Shown: positions 10,841 to 22,410, counted from the stretch's first letter. The stretch is DNA of 28,662 bases from Octopus sinensis (GCF_006345805.1 NW_021833221.1:1-28662), one strand, 5' to 3'. Numbers and translations are program-made. The notes: generated by a model not told the origin, from the letters alone.

Positions 10841-11221
10841 ATTATATCTTTTATCTTTTACTCGCTTCAATCATTAGACTGAGGCAGTGCTTTGAAAAAT
10901 TTTACTCGAATGAATCGACCCTGTCTCTCTCCCAGCCAGAGTGTACTTCCTCCTCCTAGTATTTGTCCAACTTTGGAATTGCTAGCATCCATTTCCCCCT
11001 CACTATGGATTACTATCTAACCATTCTCTCTGATCATGGATTTATTTAACGAATAGCCAATCTCACTGGATTTAACTGGGCTTATGTGGATATCTCCTCC
11101 CACTCTCTGGACTTAAAGAACCACAGCAACTATCATTGATGAGGAACTTTTATTTATCCGTTGCATATGTTTAACCTATCTCCTATCTATCTCTCACCGA
11201 TAACGGTATACTCAGCTTAAA

Positions 11222-12046
11222 GGCGGCGAGCTGGCAGAAACGTTAGCACGCCGGGCGAAATGCGTAGCCGTATTTCGTCTGCCGCTACGTTCTGTGTTCA
11301 AATTCCGCCGATGTCGACTTTGCCTTTCATCCTTTCGGGATCGATTAAATAAGTACCAGTTACGCACTGGGGTCGATGTAATCGACTTAATCCGTTTGTC
11401 TGTCCTTGTTTGACCCCTCTGTGTTTAGCCCCTTGTGGGTAGTAAAGAAATAGGTATTTCGTCTGCCGTTACGTTCTGAGTTCAAATTCCGCCGAGGTCG
11501 ACTTTGCCTTTCATCCTTTCGGGGTCGATTAAATAAGTACCAGTTACGCACTGGGGTCGATGTAATCGACTTAATCCGTTTGTCTGTCCTTGTTTTCCCC
11601 CTCTGTGTTTAGCCCCTTGTGGGTAGTAAAGAAATATGTATTTCGTCTGCCGTTACGTTCTGAGTTCAAATTCCGCTGAGGTCGACTTTGCCTTTCATCC
11701 TTTCGGGGTCGATACATTAAGTACCAGTTACGCACTGGGGTCGATGTAATCGACGTAATCCGTTTGTCTGTCCTTGTTTTCCCCCTCTGTGTTTAGCCCC
11801 TTGTGGGTAGTAAAGAAATAGGTATTTCGTCTGCCGTTACGTTCTGAGTTCAAATTCCGACGAGGTCGACTTTGCCTCTCATCCTTTCGGGGTCGATAAA
11901 TTAAGTACCAGTTGCGCACTGGGGTCGATGTAATCGACGTAATCCGTTTGTCTGTCCTTGTTTGTCTGTCCTTGTTTGTCTGTCCTTGTTTGTCGGTCCT
12001 TGTTTGTCCTCTCTGTGTTTAGCCCCTTGTGGGTAGTAAAGAAATA
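11222..12046 (+). mobile_element. SINE family B tetramer: head + four 184-bp units
   Basis: Unit starts at 11270, 11454, 11638 and 11822. 15-bp TSD GGTATACTCAG(C/T)TTA at 11205-11219 and 12047-12061. Confidence 0.9.
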
Positions 12047-12359
12047 GGTATACTCAGTTTATGGGGTCTTCGCTCTGCACGATGTTCCAAAAGCTGGGAT
12101 ATCCCAGAAACAGCTGTCAGAGACTATCTCTACTCTTCATTATATAACTAAATTAAATTAAATGCCCTTGTCAGGTCTTGCTAATTTACTTGCCTCTCCT
12201 TTTTACTTTAACCTATATATGTACATATATTTATATATCTATCATTCTCTCTCTCTCTCTCCTTCTCTTTCTATACACACACACACACACATATACACAT
12301 ACACACGCGCACATAAAGTGAATGAATGGGAGACATTCGCAGAAGAGATATATAGGGAA

Positions 12360-13030
12360 GTGGAAGCAGATGAATGAAGGTTGAAAAAAGAAGTGGTGAG
12401 AGAAGAGTAAAGTGTGTGTGTGTGTGAGTGATAGAGAGTGAGAAAAAAAGCAAAGGTTGTGAGTGATAAAGATAGAGTGATAGAAAAGAAAGGGAGGGGA
12501 GAAAAGATTTGGTACGGTGATAAATATATAAGTGTAAGATAGAGATGAGAGAAAGAATAAGGAATGGAAGATGAGAAGGTGAGAGGAAGTTAAATGGATA
12601 ATAAGGGAGCCTGAGAGTGTGAGAGAGTGAAAGTGTGGAGGGGCAGAGAGGGAAACTGGTTGAAGGAGAAGAGATGGAGGAAAAGCGAAATGCAGTTGAG
12701 ATTGAGAGATAAGGCAAAGTGGTAGGGATGAGGTGAAAGGTTAGAAATTTGAGTATAATCTTTAAGGGTGAGTTAATAGAAGCTGAGGATGTGGCGAGAG
12801 AGAGATATAAATAGAGGGAAAGAGAGAAAGGAGAAAAAGAAAGAGAGAGTGAGAGATAGACAGAGAGAAAGAGATAGATAGAGAGACAGAGAGAAGGTTT
12901 TGAATTACATGAAAATAAGAATGGCAGATGGAGAAATAGGAAGAACTGGATAGGAATTTATATGGGGTTAAATAGAACATTGATTGAAAAAAGAATGTAA
13001 AAAAAACCCCAGAGAGAACTGAATAAAAAT
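12360..13030. repeat. GA-rich low-complexity region
   Basis: Strong purine bias on the + strand with (GA)/(GT) runs. Confidence 0.8.
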
Positions 13031-14197
13031 CGAGAGATCCAACGATAAAGTAAGCCACAAGCTGTTTGTATATCTAAAAGATATAATGGTGGTAGTGGTG
13101 ATGGCGGTGATGATGGTAGTTGTGATGGTAGTTGTGATGGTAACTGTGATGGTAACTTGGCGACATTTTCGTGTCGGATCTATTCCATCTCAATCACAGA
13201 TTTTTTAATTAATTTTTTTTTAACAAAACAGTTTGAAACTTCGAATACTGGTAGATTTCGCATTTTAGAAGTTGTTTCGTGTTAAAGTTGTCGTATTTGG
13301 GTAATTTCAACCAATCAACGACGTGTATTCGGTTGAAGAAAGCTACTGCTGTTTGCGGTAATTACGTTATAATCTAGCACCAGGTCAGGCCTGATCGAGT
13401 AGACCTGCGACTAGAAGTGGTCCAGATGTGACCATCCTATCGTTTTTCCAACATGACGAATCTTGAACTTAAATCATCCACTTTTTTCCTTCTTTAAGCT
13501 TGTAGAGAGATTTGACTGCTACATTTAACAGTTTCAGTGAGCATGGAAAGGTTCTTACGATACATGTTGATAGTAATAATGTTGGCATTGAAGGTAATAA
13601 TGGTAGCAATAATGGCATTTGGTGGTTGTGGTGGCTTTGACGTGGTTTTAGTGGTGGTCGTCGTGATAGTGACTTTTTCTGGTAGTAGTGAGGGTGGTTG
13701 TATGGTAGTGACAATCGATATAATCTGAATTACATTAAACTTGTTACACAATCATCTGATTTTACTTCACCTATAACCTCTCTTCCCTTCCCTTGTTAGC
13801 TTCTCTCCCTCTCCCTCTCTCTCTCTCTCTCCCTCTCTCTCTCCCCCCTCTCTCTCCCTCTCTCTCTCTCTTCCCTTCCCAGTTAGATAATTCCTCCTCC
13901 AAAAATTTCATACAACTCTTCATTTAACCGTCTGACAAACCTATGACATACCACCTACTGCTGTATTTACCATCCAGATATATGTATCTCCAGATCTTAG
14001 ATGAATGCCCCAACGCTCAAGTCTCGTGGAGTAGTAGAATCGGTAGATCGGTGTTAAAAATGGTTACCTTCCTTTGCGTTCTGATATTCAAATCCCATTA
14101 AGATCAGTTTTCTTCTTACCAGGGTCAACAAATAGATCCCAGTCAAGTACTGGGGGTCTTTTTAATCCTTTCTTCTAAGTCCGTGGCCTTGCGCCTA

Positions 14198-14417
14198 TAC
14201 TCTTTACTCTCTTTTACTTGTTTCAGTCATTTGACTGTGGCCGTGCTGGAGCACCGCCTTTAGTCGAGTCGAGCAAATCGACCCCAGGACTTATTCTATC
14301 TAAACCTAGTACTTATTCTACCAGTCTCCTTTGTCGAACCGCTAAGTTATGGGACGTAAACACACCAGCATCGGTTGTCAAGCAATGTTGGGGGGACAAA
14401 CACAGACACACAACCAT

Positions 14418-14448
<31 letters not shown>

Positions 14449-14451
14449 TAC

Positions 14452-14536
<85 letters not shown>

Positions 14537-14695
14537 TATATGCGACGGGCTTCTTTCCGTCTACCAAATCCACTCACAAAGCTTTGGTCGGCCCGAGTAG
14601 AAGACATTTGCCCAAGGTGCCACGCAGTGGGACTGAACCCGGAACCATATGGTTCGTAAGCAAGCTACTTACCACTCAGCCACTCCTACGCCTAT
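14198..14695 (-). mobile_element. SINE family D, full length, with internal (TA)n/(TG)n, inserted in the tail of an old family B copy (~14030-14713)
   Basis: Head ATAGGCGTAGGAGTGGC at 14695, AGTAAAAGAG-type tail at ~14200, CGCCTAT present at both junctions. Confidence 0.88.
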
Positions 14696-14742
14696 CATGT
14701 TAGAAATTATTATGGAGAAATGCAGGTAGTTTTTATGTTGTA

Positions 14743-15075
14743 AGGGCCTTGACGGAAAAGATACGGGTGGAGAGTGAGGTGCTGTCCCCCAGCAAATTTG
14801 CTGAAAGGGGGATGAAAGAGACGTGCATGATCCGGGTAAGCAGCCCTGCTCTGGGCATGCGCCTGAAAATTGGAGAAGGATAACTGGGAGATGGCACTTT
14901 GCCTTAAAGGTCAGGGTGACCGCAGTTTTCTGGGGTTTCTATATGTAACTCTGGGAAATCTCACCAATTGTGGGAGAATTTTTCTTTGCTTTTTTTGTTT
15001 TTTTATTTTATTTATATTTTCGTTATCTTGTTTATACGTTATGTAATCCTGCACTGTATCGCCCTGTATCGTTTG
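14743..15075 (+). mobile_element. Possible 3' end of a 5'-truncated LINE (L1/Tx1-like ORF2 C-terminus plus 3' UTR)
   Basis: GC-richer segment; frame 14743-14883 reads RALTEKIRVESEVLSPSKFAERGMKETCMIRVSSPALGMRLKIGEG*, reminiscent of Tx1-type ORF2 termini from memory only, followed by a T-rich tail. Confidence 0.3.
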
Positions 15076-15109
15076 CAATCATTGTCAAATGTTAGTGCTT
15101 AGTAAACAA

Positions 15110-15215
15110 TACATCATCATCATCACCAACACCAACACCACTACCACTACTATTATCATATTAGTCATCGTCGTCGTCATCATCATCATCATTATCGTCA
15201 TCGTCATCGTCATCG

Positions 15216-15260
<45 letters not shown>

Positions 15261-15284
15261 CTAGTATTAATATTATCATTATCA
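15110..15284. repeat. (CAT)n/(CGT) trinucleotide microsatellite
   Basis: Direct reading. Confidence 0.95.
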
Positions 15285-15581
15285 TTACCATTTTCGTTGA
15301 AAATGGTAACGCATCAGATTACATGCTTCGCAGTGTCTAATTACGTTCTGAGGTTCAAATTACAATGGGATCGTTTTGACCTTTCATTTCTCCTTAGGTC
15401 GATAGAATAAATACCTATCAAGTATTGAGATCATTACCATTTTCGTTGAAAATGGTAACGCATCAGATTACATGCTTCGCAGTGTCTAATTACGTTCTGA
15501 GGTTCAAATTACAATGGGATCGTTTTGACCTTTCATTTCTCCTTAGGTCGATAGAATAAATACCTATCAAGTATTGAGATC
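15281..15581. repeat. Apparently exact 149-bp tandem duplication within a decayed family B SINE
   Basis: Units start at 15281 and 15430, ATC microhomology at the junction. Confidence 0.9.
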
Positions 15582-15631
15582 GATTAAATTGGCTACACAC
15601 CTAACACCTCATACACACACACACACACACA

Positions 15632-15686
<55 letters not shown>

Positions 15687-15969
15687 CCGTGAGTGGCATT
15701 GTGCCTACATCGTGATAGTGAATTGCTGTTCAACCCCAGGTGAACCACTATCGAGCAGAAACGTGGTTAAAGGTATTCCAGCCATGACTTTCTCTTCTTT
15801 TTCTCTATATGCATGAAAGCCAGGATTACATTATCTAAAGCAGTGGTTCTCAACCGGGGTTCACATGACCCTTGGTGGGTCCATATAAGATTTTGATGTT
15901 AAAATTTGTGTACAATAAATTCCTTATACTTGTACAATAAACAAAATATTTTAATAACTTTTTTATATA

Positions 15970-16473
15970 TTGGGTTGTCCGGAAAGTTTGTGCCGATTTA
16001 TAGTAGCTTACCTTTCGACTTATTTTAGAACATGGTTGAGTGCATAAAACAGGATTTGACTACACCTCCATTTAGAGCACAGTTTAAGCTATCTTTCCAT
16101 GGAAGAAGGTTTATGTTCCTATAACCTGTGTTAATTCTGTAACCCTTTAAAATGGAAGATAAGAAAGCTCGGCTGGGATGTGTTACCCCCACCCTCCATA
16201 TTCACCAGAATTTCCACTTATTCAGGTCTCTGCAGAATAGTCTTAATGGTAAAAATTTCAATTCCTTGGATGACGTAAAAAGATATCTTGATGAATTATT
16301 TGCCATGAAACCACCTTAATTCTTGGAAGAGGGTATTTTCAAGTTAAAGGAAAGATGGAGACGCATTGTGCAACAAAATGGTTCATATTCGGTTGTTTAA
16401 AAATGTAATGGCAAGTATTTATTGACCTTTTTCTTTTCTTTAAAAATCGGCATGAACTTTCCGGACAACCCAA
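15970..16473 (+). mobile_element. Internally deleted mariner element (504 bp)
   Basis: 30-bp TIRs (28/30 match), TA on both sides. ATG-MEDKK (16152) is joined directly to LGWDVLPHPPYSP../FHLFRSLQNSLNGKNF...ERWRRIVQQNGSY (to 16400). Confidence 0.92.
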
Positions 16474-16492
16474 TAGTTCCTAATATTTAATT

Positions 16493-17057
16493 AGTGGAGG
16501 CGCGTGGTTTAGTGGTTAGGGTGTTGGACTCACTATCGTAAGATTGTGGTTTCGATTCCTGGACCAGGCGATGCGTTCTGTTCTTGAGTAAACACTTTAC
16601 TTCACGTTGCTCTAGTCCACTCAGCTGTAGAAATGAGTACCACTAGTGGAGGCGCGTCGCTTAGTGGTTAGGGTGTTGGACTCACTATCGTAAGATTGTG
16701 GTTTCGATTCCTGGACCAGGCGATGCGTTCTGTTCTTGAGTAAACACTTTACTTCACGTTGCTCTAGTCCACTCAGCTGTAGAAATGAGTACCACTAGTG
16801 GAGGCGCGTCGCTTAGTGGTTAGGGTGTTGGACTCACTATCGTAAGATTGTGGTTTCGATTCCTGGACCAGGCGATGCGTTCTGTTCTTGAGCAAACCAC
16901 TTCATTTCACGTTGCTCCTGTCCACTCAGCTGTAGAAATGGATTTAGCCTGGAGAGGAATGGGCTCAGCCAGGCTTTCTCGCCCGAGATGCGCTGCATGA
17001 CTGCAGCGCCTCAACGAAACCCCCCCCCCCCAGGGATTAAGAGAATTGTCAATTGTC
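16493..17057 (+). mobile_element. SINE family A with triplicated 152-bp head/body and an alternative 3' tail
   Basis: TAGTGGAGGCGCG recurs at 16492, 16644 and 16796. 11-bp TSD AATATTTAATT at 16482-16492 and 17058-17068. Confidence 0.85.
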
Positions 17058-17075
17058 AATATTTAATTGTAAAAA

Positions 17076-17871
17076 GGCGGCGAGCTGGTAGAAACGTTAG
17101 CACGCCGGGCGAAATGCTTAGCGGTATTTCGTCTGCCGTTACGTTCTGAGTTCAAATTCCGCCGAGGTCGACTTTTCCTTTCATCCTTTCGGGGTCGATT
17201 AATTAAGTACCAGTTACGCACTGGGGTCGATGTAATCGACTTAATCCGTTTGTCTGTCCTTGTTTGTCCTCCCTGTGTTTAGCCCCTTGTGGGTAATAAA
17301 GAAATAGGTATTTCGTCTGCCGCTATGTTATGTTCAAATTCCGCCGAGGTCGACTTTGCCTTTCATCCTTTCGAGGTTGATTAAATAAGTACCAGTTACG
17401 CACTGGGGTCGATGTAATCGACTTAATCCGTTTGTCTGTCCTTGTTTGTCCTCTCTGTGTTTAGCCCCTTGTGGGTAATAAAGAAATAGGTATTTCGTCT
17501 GCCGCTATGTTATGTTCAAATTCCGCCGAGGTCGACTTTGCCTTTCATCCTTGCGAGGTTGATTAAATAAGTACCAGTTACGCACTGGGGTCGATATAAT
17601 CGACTTAATCCGTTTGTCTGTCCTTGTTTGTCTCCTCTATGTTTAGCCCCTTGTGGGCAATAAAGTAAAAAAAGAAACGTTAGCACGCCGGGCGAAATGC
17701 TTAGCGGTATTTCGTCTGTCTTTATGTTAAGAGTTCAAATTCTGCCGAGGTCGACTTTGCCTTTCATCCTTTCGGAGCTCGATAAATTAAGTACCAGTTG
17801 CGTACTGGGATGGATCTAATCGACTGGCCCCCTCCCCCAAAATTTCGGGCTTTGCACCTGGAGTAGAAATG
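17076..17871 (+). mobile_element. SINE family B multimer: head + 3 units + partial head + core + old tail
   Basis: Unit starts at 17124, 17308 and 17490. 18-bp TSD AATATTTA(A/G)TTGTAAAAA at 17058-17075 and 17872-17889. Confidence 0.88.
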
Positions 17872-18005
17872 AATATTTAGTTGTAAAAATATAGTAGGAT
17901 TTTTTCAAACATCGAATGGCTATGAGGGTCCTTCCGTGTAAAATAGGAATCAAAGGGGTTTCACAATTTAAAGATGGTTGAGAACCACTGATCTTTTATG
18001 AAATA

Positions 18006-18404
18006 CTAGCAGTATCGCCCGGCGTTGCTCGGGTTTGTAAGGGAAATAACTATATAAGCATTTTTAGAGAGTTATAGCCAAAAAATAGCAAAAAAATGCA
18101 TTAAAAATGGGAAAAAAATTATGGTAAATGTTTTTTTTAAATCGTTGACTCATCGTAGACATTTTTAGAGAGTTACTTCCCTTATATAATAGCGAAAAAA
18201 TGCATTAAAATGGAAAAAAATGATGGTAATTTTTTTTTTTAATCGTAGACTCATCGTAGACGCGCGCTAATACCCAGAAGGGCTCGATATGAATCACGAC
18301 TATAAGATACCCGCTTTTGATTAAACTGCACTGCAAAATGTGGGAGTAGTTAGGAATCTAAATCGTAGGAGACAGACACACAACTTCACTTTAATATATA
18401 AAGA
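18006..18404 (-). mobile_element. Non-autonomous Helitron, copy 2 (399 bp)
   Basis: Same TC...hairpin...CTAG ends and A|T site as 2967-3363. Confidence 0.85.
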
Positions 18405-18739
18405 TGTATTAGCGACATAGACAGTATTAATACCGCGATATAATATTTATCTTCACTTAAATGTGGATGCTCTGTTAGAACAAACTATACTGCGGTATTT
18501 GTCACGAGGGAAACTCTCATATTGGCATTTTAGGGCAAAACGCTGTTTTGTTTATATCGCTTGCACGGAGATTTTTATGGATGGTTTTGGTTGATCTGGA
18601 GCTAACCACCACCACTATCACCATCAACCATCCGAATCGTTTGAGGGAGATTTGACTGCTATTTCCTGTTCATCGAGCTACCAAGAAGAGGCTACCTTGC
18701 TGGCTTATAGTGCCTGTTAGAATGCATGCTGCTGCTACT

Positions 18740-19127
18740 GGTGCTGCTGTTGCTGTTGCTGTTGAGCGTAGCGGTCTTCGTCCCAGAGTGGGAGAAGTCC
18801 GAAACGTTGGTCCTTTGCTATTCGTAAGACTCGCAGAAGAGAAAGCAGGTCAACCTCCCGACACCGAGAGCGTCGACGGATGGATGAATGTGCATCCAGG
18901 CTCAGCGGTTGCGTAGGAAGTCGGGGATAAGAAACAGGAAGAAAGAGTGAGAGAAAGCTGGAGCGAAAGAGTACAACAGGGGTCGCCACCACCCCCTGCC
19001 GGAGCCTCGTGGAGCTTTAGGTGTTTTTCGTTCAATAAATACACACAACGCCCGGTCTGAGAATCGAAACCGCGATCCTATGACCGAGAGTCCGCTGCCC
19101 TAACCACTGGGCCATTGCGCCTCCACT
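18740..19127 (-). mobile_element. SINE family C variant, tail type 3, ending in (CAACAG)/(CAG) repeats
   Basis: Head and body colinear with 4094-4285; the ~170-bp 3' part is unrelated to the other two tails. Confidence 0.8.
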
Positions 19128-19289
19128 GCTGCTGCTGCTGCTACCGCTGCTGCTTCTGTTGCTGCTGTTACTGTTGTTCTTGTTCTTGTTCTCGTTATTG
19201 ATATTGTTATTATTATTGTAGTTTTTGTTATTGTTTTTGTTGTTGTCGTTGTTATTGTTGTTGCTATTTTTTAATTATTATCGTTATTC

Positions 19290-19676
19290 TACTCTTTTAC
19301 TTGTTTCAGTCATTTGACTGTGGCCATGCTGGAGCACCGCCTTTAATCGAGCAAACTCGACCCCGGGACTTATTCTTTTGTAAGCCCAGTACTTATTCTA
19401 TTGGTCTCTTCTGCCGAACCGCTAAGTAACGGGGAACATAAACACACCAGCATCGGTTGTCAAGCACAGACACACAAACACACATATATATATATATATA
19501 TACATATATACGACAGGCTTCTTTCAGTTTCCGTCTACCAAATCCACTCACAAGGCTTTGGTCGGCCCGAGGCAATAGTAGAAGACACTTGCCCAAGGTG
19601 CCACGCAGTGGGACTGAACCCGGAACCATGTGGTTGGTAAACAAGCTACTTACCACACATCCACTCCTGCGCCTAT
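19290..19676 (-). mobile_element. SINE family D, near full length
   Basis: Colinear with 14198-14695, short internal (TA)n. Confidence 0.88.
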
Positions 19677-19964
19677 TGTCCTTATTGTTATCGCCCCTTG
19701 TTATTAAGGTTCCTGTTTGTGGTGTTGCTCTTCTTGTCATTGTTGTTTTCCTTACTATTGCAATTTTTGTTTTTATGGGTTTTTCTTTTGTAGTTGTTGT
19801 TGTTGTTGGTGGTGGTGGTGGTGGTGGTGTTGTTGCAGTTATTAACCCATTCACCATTAAAGCACGCAGTTGTCTGCATGATATTTAACTCCAAATGTCA
19901 TGAAATGAGCTGTTTCCAAACCCTCTCTCCGCTTGCCCTCCCATCATCTCTGCCATACTACATA

Positions 19965-19997
<33 letters not shown>

Positions 19998-20441
19998 TTG
20001 TTGTGGCTGCTGCTATTACTACTACTACTACTACTGCTACTACTACTACCGCTACTACTACTACTGCTAATACTACTACTACTGCTGCTGCTGCTACTAC
20101 TACTACTACCACTACTACTACTACTGCTAATACTACTACTGCTGCTGCTACTACTACTACTGCTAATACTACTACTACTGCTACTACTGCTGCTACTACT
20201 ACTATTGCTACTACTAGTACTACTACTGCTACTGCTACTGCTACCGCTGCTGCTGCTGCTACTACTACTACTACTACTACTGCTACTACTACTACCGCTA
20301 CTACTCCTACTGCTAATACTACTACTACTACTGCTGCTGCTACTACTACTACTGCTACTACTAGTACTACTACTGCTACTGCTACTGCTACCGCTGCTGC
20401 TGTTACTACTACTGCTACTACTACTACTATTACTACTACTG

Positions 20442-20503
<62 letters not shown>

Positions 20504-20560
20504 GCTACTGCTACTACTACTGCTACTGCTACTGCTATTGCTACTACTGCTATCACCACC
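19965..20560. repeat. ~600-bp (CTA)/(CTG) compound trinucleotide array
   Basis: Direct reading; source of the poly-L, poly-T, poly-S and poly-V ORFs. Confidence 0.97.
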
Positions 20561-20644
20561 GGATACACCACCATCAAAACCACCAAAATAACCATACCAT
20601 AACACACAAACCTATCATCACCATTATAATCACTAACTCCACCT

Positions 20645-20790
20645 ACCAACGAAGGAGCCTCTATGTGATCACTCGATCTGCTAGAAATAATCACTAAAAT
20701 TCCCTAAAACGCACACCCTACCGTCTTCAGAGACACATTCGTTGATATGGGCTTTGGTTCCCTGCATATAGTGGGAAAAATGCCAGATGG
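20645..20790 (-). repeat. Old dispersed repeat (family E), unclassified
   Basis: Segments of the form GACCA(T/C)C...GAG(A/G)TTTG(A/G)CTG(C/T)TATTTC...GGCTCC recur degenerately at ~13400-13545, ~18570-18700 and ~24195-24340. Confidence 0.5.
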
Positions 20791-21060
20791 TCACGGCCGA
20801 AAGAATATTTTTCATCATAGGTCTTCAAGACCTGGAGCTGACCACCACCAACAACAACACCACAAGCAGCAGCAGCGGAAGCAACATTAGTAGCAACAGT
20901 AACAATCACTATCATCTACCTAACGGAAAAGAACATATGTATGTCTGTATGTATGCCTGTCTGTATATATGTATGTATGTATGAATGAATGAATGAATGC
21001 GTGTATGTGTGTATATGTGTATGTGTGTATGTGTGTGTGTATGTCTATGCGTGCGTGGCT

Positions 21061-21285
21061 TTGTGCTTGTGTTTGTCACCCGACACCACTTGACAACCGG
21101 TGTTGGTTTGTTTACGTCCCCATGAACTAACGGTTCTGCAAAAGCACCCGATAGATCAAGTAGCGGACATTTTTTTTTTTATTTTTAAATTGTGTTCATG
21201 TGTTCTGAAGTCGTTTTTCTTCGGCTAAAAACCCTTCAAAGCGGTGCCCCGGCATGGCTGCAATCCAATGACTGAAACCAGAAGA
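21061..21285 (+). mobile_element. SINE family D, diverged 3' half
   Basis: CTTGACAACCGGTGTTGG...GCGGTGCCCCGGCATGGC...ATGACTGAAAC. Confidence 0.7.
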
Positions 21286-21334
21286 AGGTAGAAGATAGAT
21301 TTTTATGGACGGTGTTGGTCGATCTGGAGCTAAC

Positions 21335-22100
21335 CACCAGCACCACCACCACCACCACTATCACCATCACCAACACTAACATCAATATCAAAATCACCAC
21401 TATTATCATTGCCAATACCACCATCGCTTCAACTATTATCGGCGTTATCACCATCATCATCACAATTGCCACTACTACCGCCACCACCACCACCACCACC
21501 ACCACCACCACCGCTACAATTATCACTACTACTACCACCACCACCACCACCATCATCTCACCGTTACAACAATGAATACCACCGCCACTACAACCACCAC
21601 CATCATCGCCACCACTACCATCGTCACCATCACCACCACCACCACCACCACCACTAAGACAACCACAATCACTACCATCACTACTACGATCACCTCCACC
21701 ATCACCCTCTTCCATCACCACCACAACTACTGACACCACTGACACCTTCATCTCACCATCATCATTCTCATCACCACCACCACCACAACCAACACCACCA
21801 CCACCACCACCACCAACACTACAACCAACACCAACACCACCATTACCACCGCCACCACCAACACCAACACCAACACCACCAACACCATCACCACCACCAC
21901 AGCCGCCACCACCACCGCCACTACAACCGCCACCACCACCGCCACCACAACCGCCACCACACCGCCACCACAACCACCACCACCACCAACACTACAACCA
22001 ACACCAACACCACCATCACCACCGCCACCACCAACATCAACACCAATACCACCAACACCATCACCACCACCACCACCGCCACCACAACCGCCACCACCAC
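21335..22100. repeat. ~760-bp (CAC)n-based low-complexity array
   Basis: Direct reading; internal ~40-bp block repeated at ~21805 and ~21978. Confidence 0.95.
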
Positions 22101-22410
22101 TGCCTGTAAAAAGACCTCAGTTTATCAGAACTGGTGTAGAATTACTAATTGAAAGGGCGGGGTTTATCAATGCTTGTCTGTATTAGATGTCTTAGGAATC
22201 TCAGCGAAGAAGAACGTGGGACAAGAGGTAGGCTCACGGCATGAGTATGTGGTTCAGATGGATGTTTGATTGGCATGTGGTTCCGGTTTCCATCCCACTA
22301 TACTTCATTTTGAGCAAATGTCAAGAGATGAATTTGAGCTGACGGAAACTATGGAAGCCCATTACGCGTGCGCAGGTATATATGTTTATGTGCATGTACG
22401 TATACATCAC

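Larger units (their letters stand above)
15841..17990. mobile_element. hAT/Charlie-type MITE (~250 bp when empty) hosting three nested insertions
   Basis: Perfect 15-bp TIRs CAGTGGTTCTCAACC (15841-15855) and GGTTGAGAACCACTG (17976-17990). Flanks ATCTAAAG and ATCTTTTA match only partly as a TSD. Confidence 0.75.

Noticed and set aside
11270-12046. Regularly spaced repeats resembling a CRISPR array
   Set aside because: Whole 184-bp units are repeated with no unique spacers; eukaryotic SINE context and no cas genes.
18710-18992. GC-rich ORFs of 68-85 aa
   Set aside because: They lie within the tail of the family C SINE and adjacent CAG repeats.
19794-21973. Poly-L, poly-T, poly-S, poly-V and poly-G ORFs of 199-269 aa
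   Set aside because: Open in several frames on both strands because the trinucleotide arrays lack stops; no non-repetitive coding context.
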